Shown here: positions 37,131-47,600 of the stretch, piece after piece | Layout of the letters: every line of letters begins with the position of its first letter | Position numbering within the stretch: the stretch's first letter is position 1 | Made by a program: the position numbers and the translations under genes | The notes under the pieces: model-generated | The model's database searches: none | Seen by the model: only the letters and a program-made list of their open reading frames with translations | What the model was told of the DNA's origin: nothing | Assembly: GCA_965644315.1 (NCBI GenBank) | Contig: CBFFRQ010000069.1 | Span: 62,001 to 126,000 of the forward strand | DNA length: 64,000 bases | Reading direction: 5' to 3' | DNA from: Caecitellus pseudoparvulus | Lineage: Eukaryota; Protista; Bigyra: Bicosoecida

Positions 37131-40100
37131 ATGACAGGCAATGACGCCTCCCGTCAAGCTGCCAAACACGGCCCAAGCCTGTACCCACCCGCCGTGCCGC
37201 AGTGGTTTGCGGCCGACACACCCGTGCCACAGGTGCTGGGCAGCGGCGAAGCCGGGGCGCCCCTGCGTCAGCCCGCAGTGTTCGTCACCAGTGCCCGTCG
37301 TGGCGGTGTGGAGAAGCGCCCCGGTGCCTGGCACGTGGCGGTGGGGGGGCGCGGCCCCCACCCGCTCCTGCACAACGCCCTGCACGGCCGCACAGCCCCC
37401 CTGCTGCCCAAGGCAGGGGGGAGCGGCGGCACACAGGGCCCCCAAGCCCACTCCAACATGCCCCAGCACGTGACAGCCATGGCTGTGGCCCCCACACACA
37501 GGGTGCTGGCCACTGCCGTGGTGGCAGATGGGGCGCCGCTGTCCAGCCAAGCCCGGGGGGGGGGCGCGGAGGGCAGTCCCGCTGCCGTGCCCTCCCCCAC
37601 GCTCCTCGTCACGCATGTATCCAGCGGCGCCTGCACACGCATCTTGGTGGACTTGCCGGGGGGGGTGTCTCAGCGTATTACGCTCCTGGCCTTCTCGGGA
37701 GACGGGTCCCTCCTGGCAGGGTACGCACCCCCCCCTCCCGCACACACCGCGGCACCGACGCCCTCCGCCGGCACCAGGGGCCAGCAATCCCCCACACACA
37801 CTGGCACCGAGTCTGCCTCTGCCGTATCCCACGCCGGCCCCAAGCAGGATGTGGCCCCCCCCTCCGCCGGGACAGGAGACGCTGCACCTGGCTGGCTGGG
37901 CGTGTGGCGGTGGAGCACGGGGGCTCTCCTGGCAGCTGCACCCGTCGCACGCGCCTTGCGCCAGCTGTCCTTTCGCCCAGACCCCCTGCCCGGCAGTGTG
38001 CGGGGAGCAGGTGCGGCTCGAGCAGCCCAGGCGGGCTGTGTGCTGCTGGGGTGTGGGCAGGGCTTCCTGCGCCTGTGGCACCTGAGCGGCGAGGGTGGGG
38101 GGACGCTGCAGGAACACCCCATGCTGGCCAAGCGGCCGCGAGAACGGGAGCTGTTTGTGGACCACGCGTGGCTGACCCCCCCTCCCGGCTCAGCCAAGGG
38201 GGGCTCCAAGTCCACCGACCTGGGCATGGCCCCCCCCACACCCTCCTCCGCCCCAGGCACCGCCTTCCTCCCAGGCTCGCGCTGCGCCGTCGCCCTGGAG
38301 CGGGGTGTCGTGTACATCCTCACCGCCTCCACTTCCAAGCGCGCGGCGGCAGGCACGACACAGGGCTCACGTGGCTTCGGCACGAGTCTGGGCGGCCAGG
38401 GGTCAGCGGGCGGCGGGAGTGGCGGCGTGGCAGCACTGCAATCAGCTGCAGCCGCCCCCGGCCCCTCCTCACTGGGCGGCAGTGACACAGTTGACGGACT
38501 GCATCTGGCCACAGTGGCGGCCCACGGCCTGCCGCTGGAGTATGAGGTGTGGCAGGAGCTGTACTGCCCCATCCCGCCCCCCATGCGTGGCCTGCCGGGG
38601 TACACCTGGTCCCACGTGACAGCCCCCCTGAAGGCCATCGCCTCAGGCACCCTCTCCGCTCGCCTCGCTGCAGCAGACAGTGTGCTGCAGGGGCTGGCTG
38701 CGGGTGGGCGCGCCGCCTCCGCCGCTGCCTCGGCGGCTGTGCTGGTGGACACGGCAGGGAATGGCGCGACGATGGGGGGTGGCGGCTGGGGCAAGCCGGC
38801 GGCCCCTCGCCGCTTTGAGAAGTCCTCCGATGCCCTGGCCGCTGCTGCCGCCTCCACGGCCCGGGATGTGCTGCCAAGCCTGGCGTGTGTGACAGCCACC
38901 CAGTGGGGCTTTGTCGTGGGGGGCGAGGGCGGCTACACCGCATCCTTCGTCATGCCGCACCTGCTCACCACGGCCACGACAGCAGGCCACAGCATGGACA
39001 TCCCTGTCGTGGCCGCGGCGGAGGCGGCAGCTGCGCGCCTGCGGGCTGCAGACAAGGCGGCTGCCGCGGACAGTGGCATGCACGGGCTGGATGTGGGGGG
39101 TGCGGGGGGGGACGGCTTCCTCCCACGACCCCGTGTCCTGTACAGCTTCGGCACGGCTGTGCGGGCTGGCTTGGGGTCGGGGTATGGCGACGGCAGCTTC
39201 CTGGTGGGGGACGTCAGCGGTGGTGGACAGGGCGGCGGCGGCGGCGGCGACAGCGGTGGCGTGGCGGCGGTGTTGGCGGAAGAGGCGGCTCCGGACGTGC
39301 ACGGCCGTATTACGCAGCCCGACACTCGCATCACCTCCGCATCAACATGGCTCACACAGCACAGCCAAGACGCCTCCGCCCTGCCCAGCGCCCCGAAGGA
39401 CTCCTCCAGCGCAGCCCTTCCCACAGTGGGAGAGGCACCCCTCCTGGGCGGCTGCGGCGTCGGACACGGCCGCTGGGCGCCCCTCGTCGGCCATGGCACA
39501 CGGCACCACCTGCACCGGACACGCGTGGGCAAGTGGTGCCCCGCTGAAGGCACCAGCGCCTTCAGCCCCCAAGCTGACTTCATCACCTCCGTCGCGGCAC
39601 CCCCCCCCGCCTTCCTCGCCGCAGTGCGACACATGTGGGCTGAGCACATGTCCAGCCTCAGCACTGCCAGTGGAGGGGGCCAAGGGGACATCTCCAATGC
39701 GGGCGCTGCCCTGGGCGCCTTGGAGTTCGTGCCGGTGTCCGTGGCAGGGGTCGGGGATGAGGAGGTGGACACGGTGTTTGTGGGCGGCGGCGGGGCAGGG
39801 GGCGTGGCTGGCGCCATCCGGGACTCCAGCTGGGTCGCACCTCTCTGCCGCGCAGTGTGGGCGGGAGGAGCACCCCGCCCCGGCGACGCACTGGTCGTCA
39901 CCACCTCCCCCGCCGGCGGCACGCGCGTCGTGCCGCTGGCGCTGAACCGCCAAACCAGCTCTCGTCTACAGCACCAGCACGCCCGGGACGCGTCCGTTCC
40001 CCTGTCTCTTCGAGGCCAGCACGGTGGCATCATCACAGACGTGTCCATGGCCACCTGGCGGTCGGCGGCTGCGACGCTGTGCCCCGCCGAGCGCACCGTG

Positions 40101-43100
40101 CGCCTGTGGAACCTCAAGACCTGGGCCTGCGATGCAGTGCACGTGACGGTGGACGAGCCCGTCTGCATGTCCCTGCACCCGTCTGGGCACCTCCTGGCGC
40201 TGGGCTTCCACAGCCACTTGAGCATCGTGCATGTGCTGGCACACTCCCTGCGCCCGTGGCGGGACGTGACGGCTGCCAAGCACGTGCGCCGGGTTGCCTT
40301 TTCTCATGCCGGCGCCTACCTGGCGGCGGCGTGCCAGAACGCCATTGCGGTATTCGACACGCTCACCATGGTGCCGCTGTGGCGCCTGGCAGGCCAGCCT
40401 GCGCCTGTGCTCAGCCTGGCCTGGAGTCGCTCCGACACGGCCCTGGCGGCGGGGGCGGCAGATGGCACAGTCATGACGTGGCACCTGCCGCCATGGGGCG
40501 AAGCGGCCCAGCCCCCCTCCACCCTCACGGGGGGGAGTGGGCTGGAGGCCGCCTCAGGCCGCTCCACCTCCTCCTCCGGCTTGGGCCTCCCGCACACCGA
40601 GGACGAACACTCCCTGCGAAGCCGCTCCTCGTCCCTCTCTCACCGCCTGACGCGCCCTGCCGTCCACACCGGTCGGGGCAGGCGTGGCAGTGTCGACAGC
40701 AGCGCGCACACCGTGTCCGCAGTGCAGGCGGGCGGCGGCGCCGTGCGCAGTCTGGGCGCCGGCCCCCATTCCGCCCTGTCCTTCCCCCGAGGCCTCATCG
40801 CTGCCCGCAGTGCCATGGGCATCGACCCCGCCGCGCTGGGCAATGTCTGGGGCTTTGCGCAGCTGGCCTCCCTCGCCGCGTCTGCTGGACTGCCTTTCCG
40901 CCCCGTGTCAGTGAAGCGCGTGGAAGCCACCAGTGTCTCCATGCGCACAGGCCACATCAGTGCCGTGGCGCTGAATCACGACGGCACCATTGTCGCGGCG
41001 GCAGCCCACTCCCGCAGGGTGGTCCTCGCGGCGCTAGCAGGGGGTGACGGTGAGGACGGCAAGGCCACCACTGCCTCAGGCGCAAGCGGCACGTCGGCGG
41101 CGGCAGCGGCGCAGAAGCGCATCTCCGGCACCACCCGCCTCATCAACTACTCCAGCGTCCTGGCTGTGGCCGGGCACAGTTTCTCAGCTCGCATGCGCCT
41201 CCTGGCCAGCAGCCACACGCACCCCGACCACGGCCCACGGAGCACACACGCAGAGCAGACGAGGCCAGGCAGCCAGGCTGGCAGCAGCGCCGTGTCGGGG
41301 ACTGGCTCCGCCTCCAGGCATGCTGGCGTGAGTGCGGCCAGCCTGGACCTGGAGTCAGCCCAAGTGCGGGGAGTCGTCATCACCTGCATGGTCCTCAACA
41401 CCACCAACACTGTTCTGTATGCGGGGCTCTCGTCAGGTCACGTCAGAGCGTACGCTTGGCCGCTGCAGGTGGACTTAACAGACACTTGGCAACGCCCCTC
41501 TGCCGCAGCAGCAGCGGGGGGGGGCGACCAACGGCCCTCCCCCAGCCCCACAGGGGACGAGCACGGCCCTTCCCTTCTGAACATTGGCGGGGCGCTGGTG
41601 CCTGCCGCGGCCGCAGGCGCCTTGGTAGACGCAGACCTGCTGGCTGGCAGCTATGGGACGGCCCCTTTCCAGGACTTGCACGTGGCGAACTGCCCCATCA
41701 CCAGCCTGTGTCTGGGGCAGCACGACAGCACGCTGGTGGCAGGCACAGCCAAGGGCGCCTTGGTGGTCGTCGGCATCCCAATGCCGACCCCTGACGCCAT
41801 TAAGGCTGCGGCGCAGTTTGTCGGCCTGGCGCCAGCACCAGCCGGCGGGAAACCAGCCATCTCGGGCAATGCCGTCACAGCCAGCATGCTGGCAGGCGTG
41901 CGCCGCCTGGCCTCCACCGCCCGCCTGGCCTCTGACGCCCAGGCGGCCACGCCGACGTACTTGCTGTCCCTGCTCCGTGCTGCGGCCCTGAATGGCCCCT
42001 GTGTCTGGCCGTCACCCGCCTGCGACCCGCTGGTGGACACATCCCCCTTTGCCCTCGTGCACCGCACCGCCATCTCCTCAGCCTACCGCACCCTGGCCAG
42101 TGCGCAGTCTGAGCAAGACGAATTGCGGGCGCGTCTGGAGGGCGCCCTGCGCACGCGGGAACGGGAGCTTCAGCACCGCATCAAATCCCTGCAAGAGTCC
42201 TCCGACCAGAGGGCGGCCAAGGAACGCAAGCGCCATGACGACCTCCTCGTCACGCACGAACGGTACGTGCGAGCGCAGGTGCGAGCGCAGGAGGAGGTGC
42301 ACGCTGCAGCCGCTGCCATGGTGCAAGCCAGCGAGAACCAGTACGAAGAGAAGCTGGCTCTGGAACGGGAGCGCTTTGATCGCCTGTCAGGTGCTGCCCT
42401 CGCTGCCGCCTCGAAGCACGAGGAAGAAGTGGCCGCCTACGCTGCAGCGGCAGAGGCGGAGCAGGACGAACTGCGCAAGCAGCTGGGCGCTGTCAAGGAA
42501 CACCATCAAAGCGCGTCTCGTGCGTGGCAGTCGGAGAAACAATCCCTCGTGCAGCGCTTTGAGGAGCTGCTGCGCAGCACATCCGAAGACCATGACCTGC
42601 AACTGGACAAGCTGCAGGCGCAGTACACGGCCGAGAGCAAGGACACTGCCGTCGCTCTGACCGAGCGCACCAAGGAAGTCATCGCGCTGAAGCGGTATGT
42701 GAGGGACTTCCGCAAAGCTGCCCAAGCCGCGCAGACCATGCTGCAGAACAAGGAGGACGCGCTGAGCACCCTTGAAGCCAAAGTGGAGCAGCTCCGTCGT
42801 GGGCTGAGTGTGAAAGATGCGAAGATCGCCAGCCTCCGGGCAGAGCTTGGGAGCAAGGAAAGCACTCTCACGACGCTGAAAGGAGACGTGCGTGTGCTGT
42901 CAGGGTTCAAATACGTCCTGGAAAGCCAAGTGCAGAGCTTGGCCGAGGCGGAGGCGCCCCTGCGGCACACCGTCAGTTCACTGCGGGGCACGCTGACGTC
43001 CGTGCAGGAGGAGCTGCGGGACCACCACGCGCACAAGCTGGACACAGCCTTCCAGCGCAGCACAGAGAAGTCGCGGCTGGCAACTCTCGAGGCAGAGCTT

Positions 43101-44594
43101 GCCCGGACCAAGGCATCCTTGAGCCACGCTAAGGTGGAGAAGCAGAGCATCTTGCGCGACATTCAAGTGGCCGTGGAAGCCGGCTCCACCATGGGCGCCA
43201 GCGACCACGTCAAAGGGGGGCTGGACAAGTCCCTGGCTGTGGCCCTCGTGCACCTGCATGACAAGCACGTCATCAGACACGGCAAAGGCAAGGACATCTT
43301 GGCAGCCATCCGGGACAGCGGCAAGTCTGCACAGACAGTCGTGGACTCCCTCAAGGAATGGTCCGAGGAGTCGGGCCTCGGGCGGAAGGCTGCCCCGCAG
43401 CCTCACACCACCCAGGGCACAGTAAGGAAAGCCAAGTCCGCCGCCAGCCTTGCGCCTGTGCGTGGCATCGCCAGCTCTGCCCTCATGCCGAGCACAACTG
43501 CTGCTGCAGCAAGGGGCGGGGGCAAGGCCAGCACCGCTGCGGTGCTGGCAACTTCCCTCAGCACGGGCACCCTGGACACGCGCAAGGCTGCCGACGCTAC
43601 GCGGCAGCGGACTCAACAGCCAGACTCGGGGTCGCCTGCTGGCTTCCGAAGTCCGGCCAGCCCCACGCGACCCTCGGAAGCCCAGCTCAAGACTGTGGAG
43701 GAGGTGCTGCGGCAGAGGGACTACCTGCAGCGCGGTTTGTCGGCGACACGGCAGTTTGTCAGCACGAACCTTGCCATGATGCAGCAGCAGAGCACTCGAA
43801 CTCTGGGAGAAAACACATCCCTTATCCAGGAGTGCAACGACCTGCGCCGCCGCGTGCAGGAGCAGAAGCACGAGATCACGCGTCTTGTTGCACTCCTGCA
43901 GCGCAACGGCATCCGGCGCCCAAGGCCGGGATCTGTTGGGGTGGACGAGCTCGTGCCACTGTCCAGAACGCCCGGTGCCGCTGCAAAGGGCGGCCAGGCG
44001 ACGCAAGGATCCCAGGCCCCGGCCTCCGCGCAGCGAAGGCTTTCGTTTGCCGAGGAGGGGCACTCTAGACCAGCACCAAGCTCTGCGGGCACGAGGGACA
44101 AGTCAACCCTACGGCAGAAGCTATCACTGGACTCCGCAGCACTCCATCGACGCTCAAGCTCGTCGGGCTCTGCCAAACACCTTGGCGCTCATCATGTGCC
44201 AGAACCTCTCACATCACCAGCCGCCGCGCATGCTGCTGCCATGGCTGCGCTGGCAGATGGCGGGCAACTGCACAACCCAAACAGCAAGTATCGCCTCAGC
44301 CGTGATCGGAGTGCGACAGCCGAAGGGGGGCAAAGTCCGGAAACAGCCAGATCTCGCAGCGTGACAGGGCTTTCGAGGCCAGACCTCTCAAATCCGGGTG
44401 CCAGCCTGCCACCAGCTCGACTTCCAGGCGTCAGGGTCGATACACTGGGCAGCTCCCACCCCCTTGCCGCTGCCCACGATGCAGCACACGAGGTGCTCTT
44501 CGATGCTGGGGCGCTATCCCACTTGCCTGTGTCTCCAGCGAACCGACGAGGCAGCGGCAAGGAACGGCCCAGGTTCGGGGTCGACAGTCAGTGA
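37131..44594 (+). CDS. CFAP57: CFAP57/WDR65-like WD40 plus coiled-coil flagellar protein, 2487 aa, intronless
   Basis: HGGIITDV...TVRLWN...SLHPSGHLLALGF...FSHAGAYLAAA...DGTVMTW matches the CFAP57 WD block; coiled coil with FKYVLE, RQRDYLQR, ENTSLIQECNDLRR. Confidence 0.8.
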   Translation: MTGNDASRQAAKHGPSLYPPAVPQWFAADTPVPQVLGSGEAGAPLRQPAVFVTSARRGGVEKRPGAWHVAVGGRGPHPLLHNALHGRTAPLLPKAGGSGGTQGPQAHSNMPQHVTAMAVAPTHRVLATAVVADGAPLSSQARGGGAEGSPAAVPSPTLLVTHVSSGACTRILVDLPGGVSQRITLLAFSGDGSLLAGYAPPPPAHTAAPTPSAGTRGQQSPTHTGTESASAVSHAGPKQDVAPPSAGTGDAAPGWLGVWRWSTGALLAAAPVARALRQLSFRPDPLPGSVRGAGAARAAQAGCVLLGCGQGFLRLWHLSGEGGGTLQEHPMLAKRPRERELFVDHAWLTPPPGSAKGGSKSTDLGMAPPTPSSAPGTAFLPGSRCAVALERGVVYILTASTSKRAAAGTTQGSRGFGTSLGGQGSAGGGSGGVAALQSAAAAPGPSSLGGSDTVDGLHLATVAAHGLPLEYEVWQELYCPIPPPMRGLPGYTWSHVTAPLKAIASGTLSARLAAADSVLQGLAAGGRAASAAASAAVLVDTAGNGATMGGGGWGKPAAPRRFEKSSDALAAAAASTARDVLPSLACVTATQWGFVVGGEGGYTASFVMPHLLTTATTAGHSMDIPVVAAAEAAAARLRAADKAAAADSGMHGLDVGGAGGDGFLPRPRVLYSFGTAVRAGLGSGYGDGSFLVGDVSGGGQGGGGGGDSGGVAAVLAEEAAPDVHGRITQPDTRITSASTWLTQHSQDASALPSAPKDSSSAALPTVGEAPLLGGCGVGHGRWAPLVGHGTRHHLHRTRVGKWCPAEGTSAFSPQADFITSVAAPPPAFLAAVRHMWAEHMSSLSTASGGGQGDISNAGAALGALEFVPVSVAGVGDEEVDTVFVGGGGAGGVAGAIRDSSWVAPLCRAVWAGGAPRPGDALVVTTSPAGGTRVVPLALNRQTSSRLQHQHARDASVPLSLRGQHGGIITDVSMATWRSAAATLCPAERTVRLWNLKTWACDAVHVTVDEPVCMSLHPSGHLLALGFHSHLSIVHVLAHSLRPWRDVTAAKHVRRVAFSHAGAYLAAACQNAIAVFDTLTMVPLWRLAGQPAPVLSLAWSRSDTALAAGAADGTVMTWHLPPWGEAAQPPSTLTGGSGLEAASGRSTSSSGLGLPHTEDEHSLRSRSSSLSHRLTRPAVHTGRGRRGSVDSSAHTVSAVQAGGGAVRSLGAGPHSALSFPRGLIAARSAMGIDPAALGNVWGFAQLASLAASAGLPFRPVSVKRVEATSVSMRTGHISAVALNHDGTIVAAAAHSRRVVLAALAGGDGEDGKATTASGASGTSAAAAAQKRISGTTRLINYSSVLAVAGHSFSARMRLLASSHTHPDHGPRSTHAEQTRPGSQAGSSAVSGTGSASRHAGVSAASLDLESAQVRGVVITCMVLNTTNTVLYAGLSSGHVRAYAWPLQVDLTDTWQRPSAAAAAGGGDQRPSPSPTGDEHGPSLLNIGGALVPAAAAGALVDADLLAGSYGTAPFQDLHVANCPITSLCLGQHDSTLVAGTAKGALVVVGIPMPTPDAIKAAAQFVGLAPAPAGGKPAISGNAVTASMLAGVRRLASTARLASDAQAATPTYLLSLLRAAALNGPCVWPSPACDPLVDTSPFALVHRTAISSAYRTLASAQSEQDELRARLEGALRTRERELQHRIKSLQESSDQRAAKERKRHDDLLVTHERYVRAQVRAQEEVHAAAAAMVQASENQYEEKLALERERFDRLSGAALAAASKHEEEVAAYAAAAEAEQDELRKQLGAVKEHHQSASRAWQSEKQSLVQRFEELLRSTSEDHDLQLDKLQAQYTAESKDTAVALTERTKEVIALKRYVRDFRKAAQAAQTMLQNKEDALSTLEAKVEQLRRGLSVKDAKIASLRAELGSKESTLTTLKGDVRVLSGFKYVLESQVQSLAEAEAPLRHTVSSLRGTLTSVQEELRDHHAHKLDTAFQRSTEKSRLATLEAELARTKASLSHAKVEKQSILRDIQVAVEAGSTMGASDHVKGGLDKSLAVALVHLHDKHVIRHGKGKDILAAIRDSGKSAQTVVDSLKEWSEESGLGRKAAPQPHTTQGTVRKAKSAASLAPVRGIASSALMPSTTAAAARGGGKASTAAVLATSLSTGTLDTRKAADATRQRTQQPDSGSPAGFRSPASPTRPSEAQLKTVEEVLRQRDYLQRGLSATRQFVSTNLAMMQQQSTRTLGENTSLIQECNDLRRRVQEQKHEITRLVALLQRNGIRRPRPGSVGVDELVPLSRTPGAAAKGGQATQGSQAPASAQRRLSFAEEGHSRPAPSSAGTRDKSTLRQKLSLDSAALHRRSSSSGSAKHLGAHHVPEPLTSPAAAHAAAMAALADGGQLHNPNSKYRLSRDRSATAEGGQSPETARSRSVTGLSRPDLSNPGASLPPARLPGVRVDTLGSSHPLAAAHDAAHEVLFDAGALSHLPVSPANRRGSGKERPRFGVDSQ

Positions 44595-44679
44595 ATTCAC
44601 ATGAGCAGAACGCTGCTGATCGCTCAACTGGCTCCTTTGGGGCGCAGGGAGCTGTCCCAGTCTTTCAGCGTGCCAGCAC

Positions 44680-47600
44680 TCACGATCGCACCTTTGGCTG
44701 TGGCACAGTGACGCTAGAGTGAGCCTTCCGAGAGATGGGGTTCGAAGTCAAGCTGTCCCCTTGAGCAGGGGCGCGTGCGTCCCGTTGTATGCTACTGGAA
44801 GCTGCCGGTGCAACCCGGCTCTTCGCCGCTGGGACAGGCCGGGGAGGAGACTTGCAGAACATGAGGTAGCTCATGATGGCAGCCGCAAGCGTTGCGGCAC
44901 CGCCTGCGCCGACGAGGATGCCAAGCAGCAGGGGGGCGACCGCGCTGTCAGAATCACCTGCGGGCTCTGGCTCTTGACGCTGAATCACAACCACATCACC
45001 ACTGGTTGAGTTTGCCGTGGAGTTCGTGGATGGCCGCGAAATGCTGAGCGCCAGAACCTCGACGCCCAGCGCCTGAGTGAGCTCGCCGGACTTTGCTGCC
45101 TCCTCGATGACAGCAGCATACTCCGCCACTTCATCCAGCATGCTTTCATACCCACTGTCATCCCAGGAAGTAGTCAGCAGGTCCCCATCTGGCACAGCCA
45201 CTGTGGAGGCCCCTGCGGCGGTCGCATTAGGCTCAACGACGGGATTGATAAAGCTTGGCAATGTGGGCTGGGCATCCTCTTGGAAATCAGGCGACACTGC
45301 ACGCGGATCAGGGTCATCTGCTGGCGGCACTACCTCTGCTGCGGCCTGCCCACCGGGAGGCAAGATGTACAGCGTGACTTTTGTGCTCGCTGCCTGGACA
45401 TCTGCGACACGGATCTGGTCTGGGTTGATATTCAGGAGTGTAGCTAGGTTCCGAACGACAGCTGACGAGTAGAAGTCTGCGACGCTCATGGCAAGAGTCA
45501 GGTCCAACTGCACCTCAGCTGTGCGAACAATGGTGTAGCTGGCATACGTGCTGTGACCCCTGACGGTCACCCACAAGGTGTTTGCTTGGGGAATGTAGAC
45601 ATTTGTGCCATGGGGATCAGCCACAGTTGGCAGTCGCCCTGGCTCCGCCAGCGCCTCCACTTTCCTCGTGCCGTGATACACGTTCATGCGGAAAGGCCGC
45701 CGCACGAACAGAGCAATCACCACACCCTCGTCAGGGTCCGGAGACATGAAGTGCATACGGAAGCGGGATGGGAGCGTCCCAGTCACATTTAGCAGTACCG
45801 TGTTGCCATCAGCAAGCAGCGCAGAATGGTACTGGGCAAAGAAGAACCGCTTGGCGCACGCATCTGACAGAGGGCCATGTGCGCCGTAGGCAGCAACGCC
45901 TGCCGGAGTGCCAGGCTCGCTCCTTGACACTGCCACAGGCTCTAACCGGCGGAAGGAGCGGTCGCGATCCAGGCTTTCCGTCACAAAACCGCGCAGGCGG
46001 AGAAGGTCCGGGCAGATCAGCGCTCCCTCGCCCCATGCCGTGGCGGAGGTGCACGTTCTGCCCACAGCCATGGCTGGATGCCGGACCAGGGCTGCAGGGA
46101 CAGAGAATGTACTGCCATCTTCATCCAGCACAAAAGCTGCGTCAAATCCGTCGCAACCCCGACTGGTGCACTTCTCGTTGGCATGCTCGAAGGCCAAGCT
46201 GAACCTTGCCGCCTCATCTACGCCCTCCCAGCGCATGCTGGACATGGACACCGGCACACCAAACTCACTTTGCGAAGGGTGAGACTTGACAGCTGCTGAC
46301 TTGAGACCGCAGCTGTCAGCTGCGAAATTCGAGAAGGTGACGCCCTTCAGCACCAACTGAGCATGGCGTGTGGAAGCAAGACCATGCCGGTGTTCCCAAG
46401 GCATGTTGCACGTTCGCTCAGGAAGGGTGGGAGGCCAGCAGGCTTCCTTGGGGAGCGATGAAGTTATGTCAGAGTAGCACGTTTTGGCTCGGTTTGTGTA
46501 CTGCGGCAGCATGATGCCCACACTGCGGTAGTCCGGCCCGACTTCGGAGTTGCACTCCTCCGCCAGCGGGTCCTCGTCCATCTGCGCCCGGCACTGCACT
46601 GATTCATCACACGAACTGGCTTGGGACTGCCCAATGAAGACGCTGTCGCTGACATTGCTGAAGCTGGTCCGCGCCGTTCGGAAGTAGTTGAGCGCCATGC
46701 CGACGTGCGAATCTGAGACGACAACGCGGGAAATGCGCATGTGGGATGTCTGGTCAGTCGTGAACACGCCCATGTGGGCAGCCTTCCACACGGTGAAGTC
46801 AGAGAAAGCCTGGCACTGCACCCTTTCATTGACGTGAGCGCCGATGAGGAATGCTCCAATCAGGACAGAGTGTGCTTCGTTGTCTCGCACCACTTCGCCA
46901 ACACCCCCGCACAGAGGCGGCCGAAGCGTGAAACCAGCATCATCTGAGGCAGCCACTAGATTCCCCTGCAATGAGGCAACTCTGGAGAACAGGTACATGC
47001 CCGCAAAGGGGAAGATCCAACTGCTGCTGGTGCCAGCTGTCGCCACTTCGTCAGGGGAGTGGTGCACGCCGACCACAAAGTTGCCCTCAATCCGAGCTCC
47101 AGGCGAATCACCCACGGGGTCGTACACAGCTGACCTGAAGGTGGAATGAATCACATTGTCGTGGATGACCATGCCTGGCGCCCCTTCGAAACGGATGGCG
47201 TAGTTGTTGGAGTGGGAGAAAGAGCAGCCGACAATGCGATGCTGAGGGCGCTCGGACGTCGTCACACTTGCCGCATCGTCGTCAGATTCCACGGTAGCTG
47301 CAGAACGGAATCGGATGTCAATCCCTGCATACATGCTGCCCGCTTTGGCAGAGTTGTTCAGCCTGGCGTTGTTCATGTCGATGCGCCCGATGAACTCCCG
47401 GACCCCAGCGCCATCGCCGGCGCGCTTGAACTCCCCTGCATATATGTGAAAGCCGTACATCGTGGGCCAAGGGCTGTTGATGCGAACAGTAGAGTCAGTA
47501 ATTATCCCGCTGAAGGTGACGCTTCGGGTGAGGAGCCCCACACCGGCTGCCAAGTGCATCTGTCGCCCGGCAATGCGCTGCTCATTGCCAAAATGAGCGA

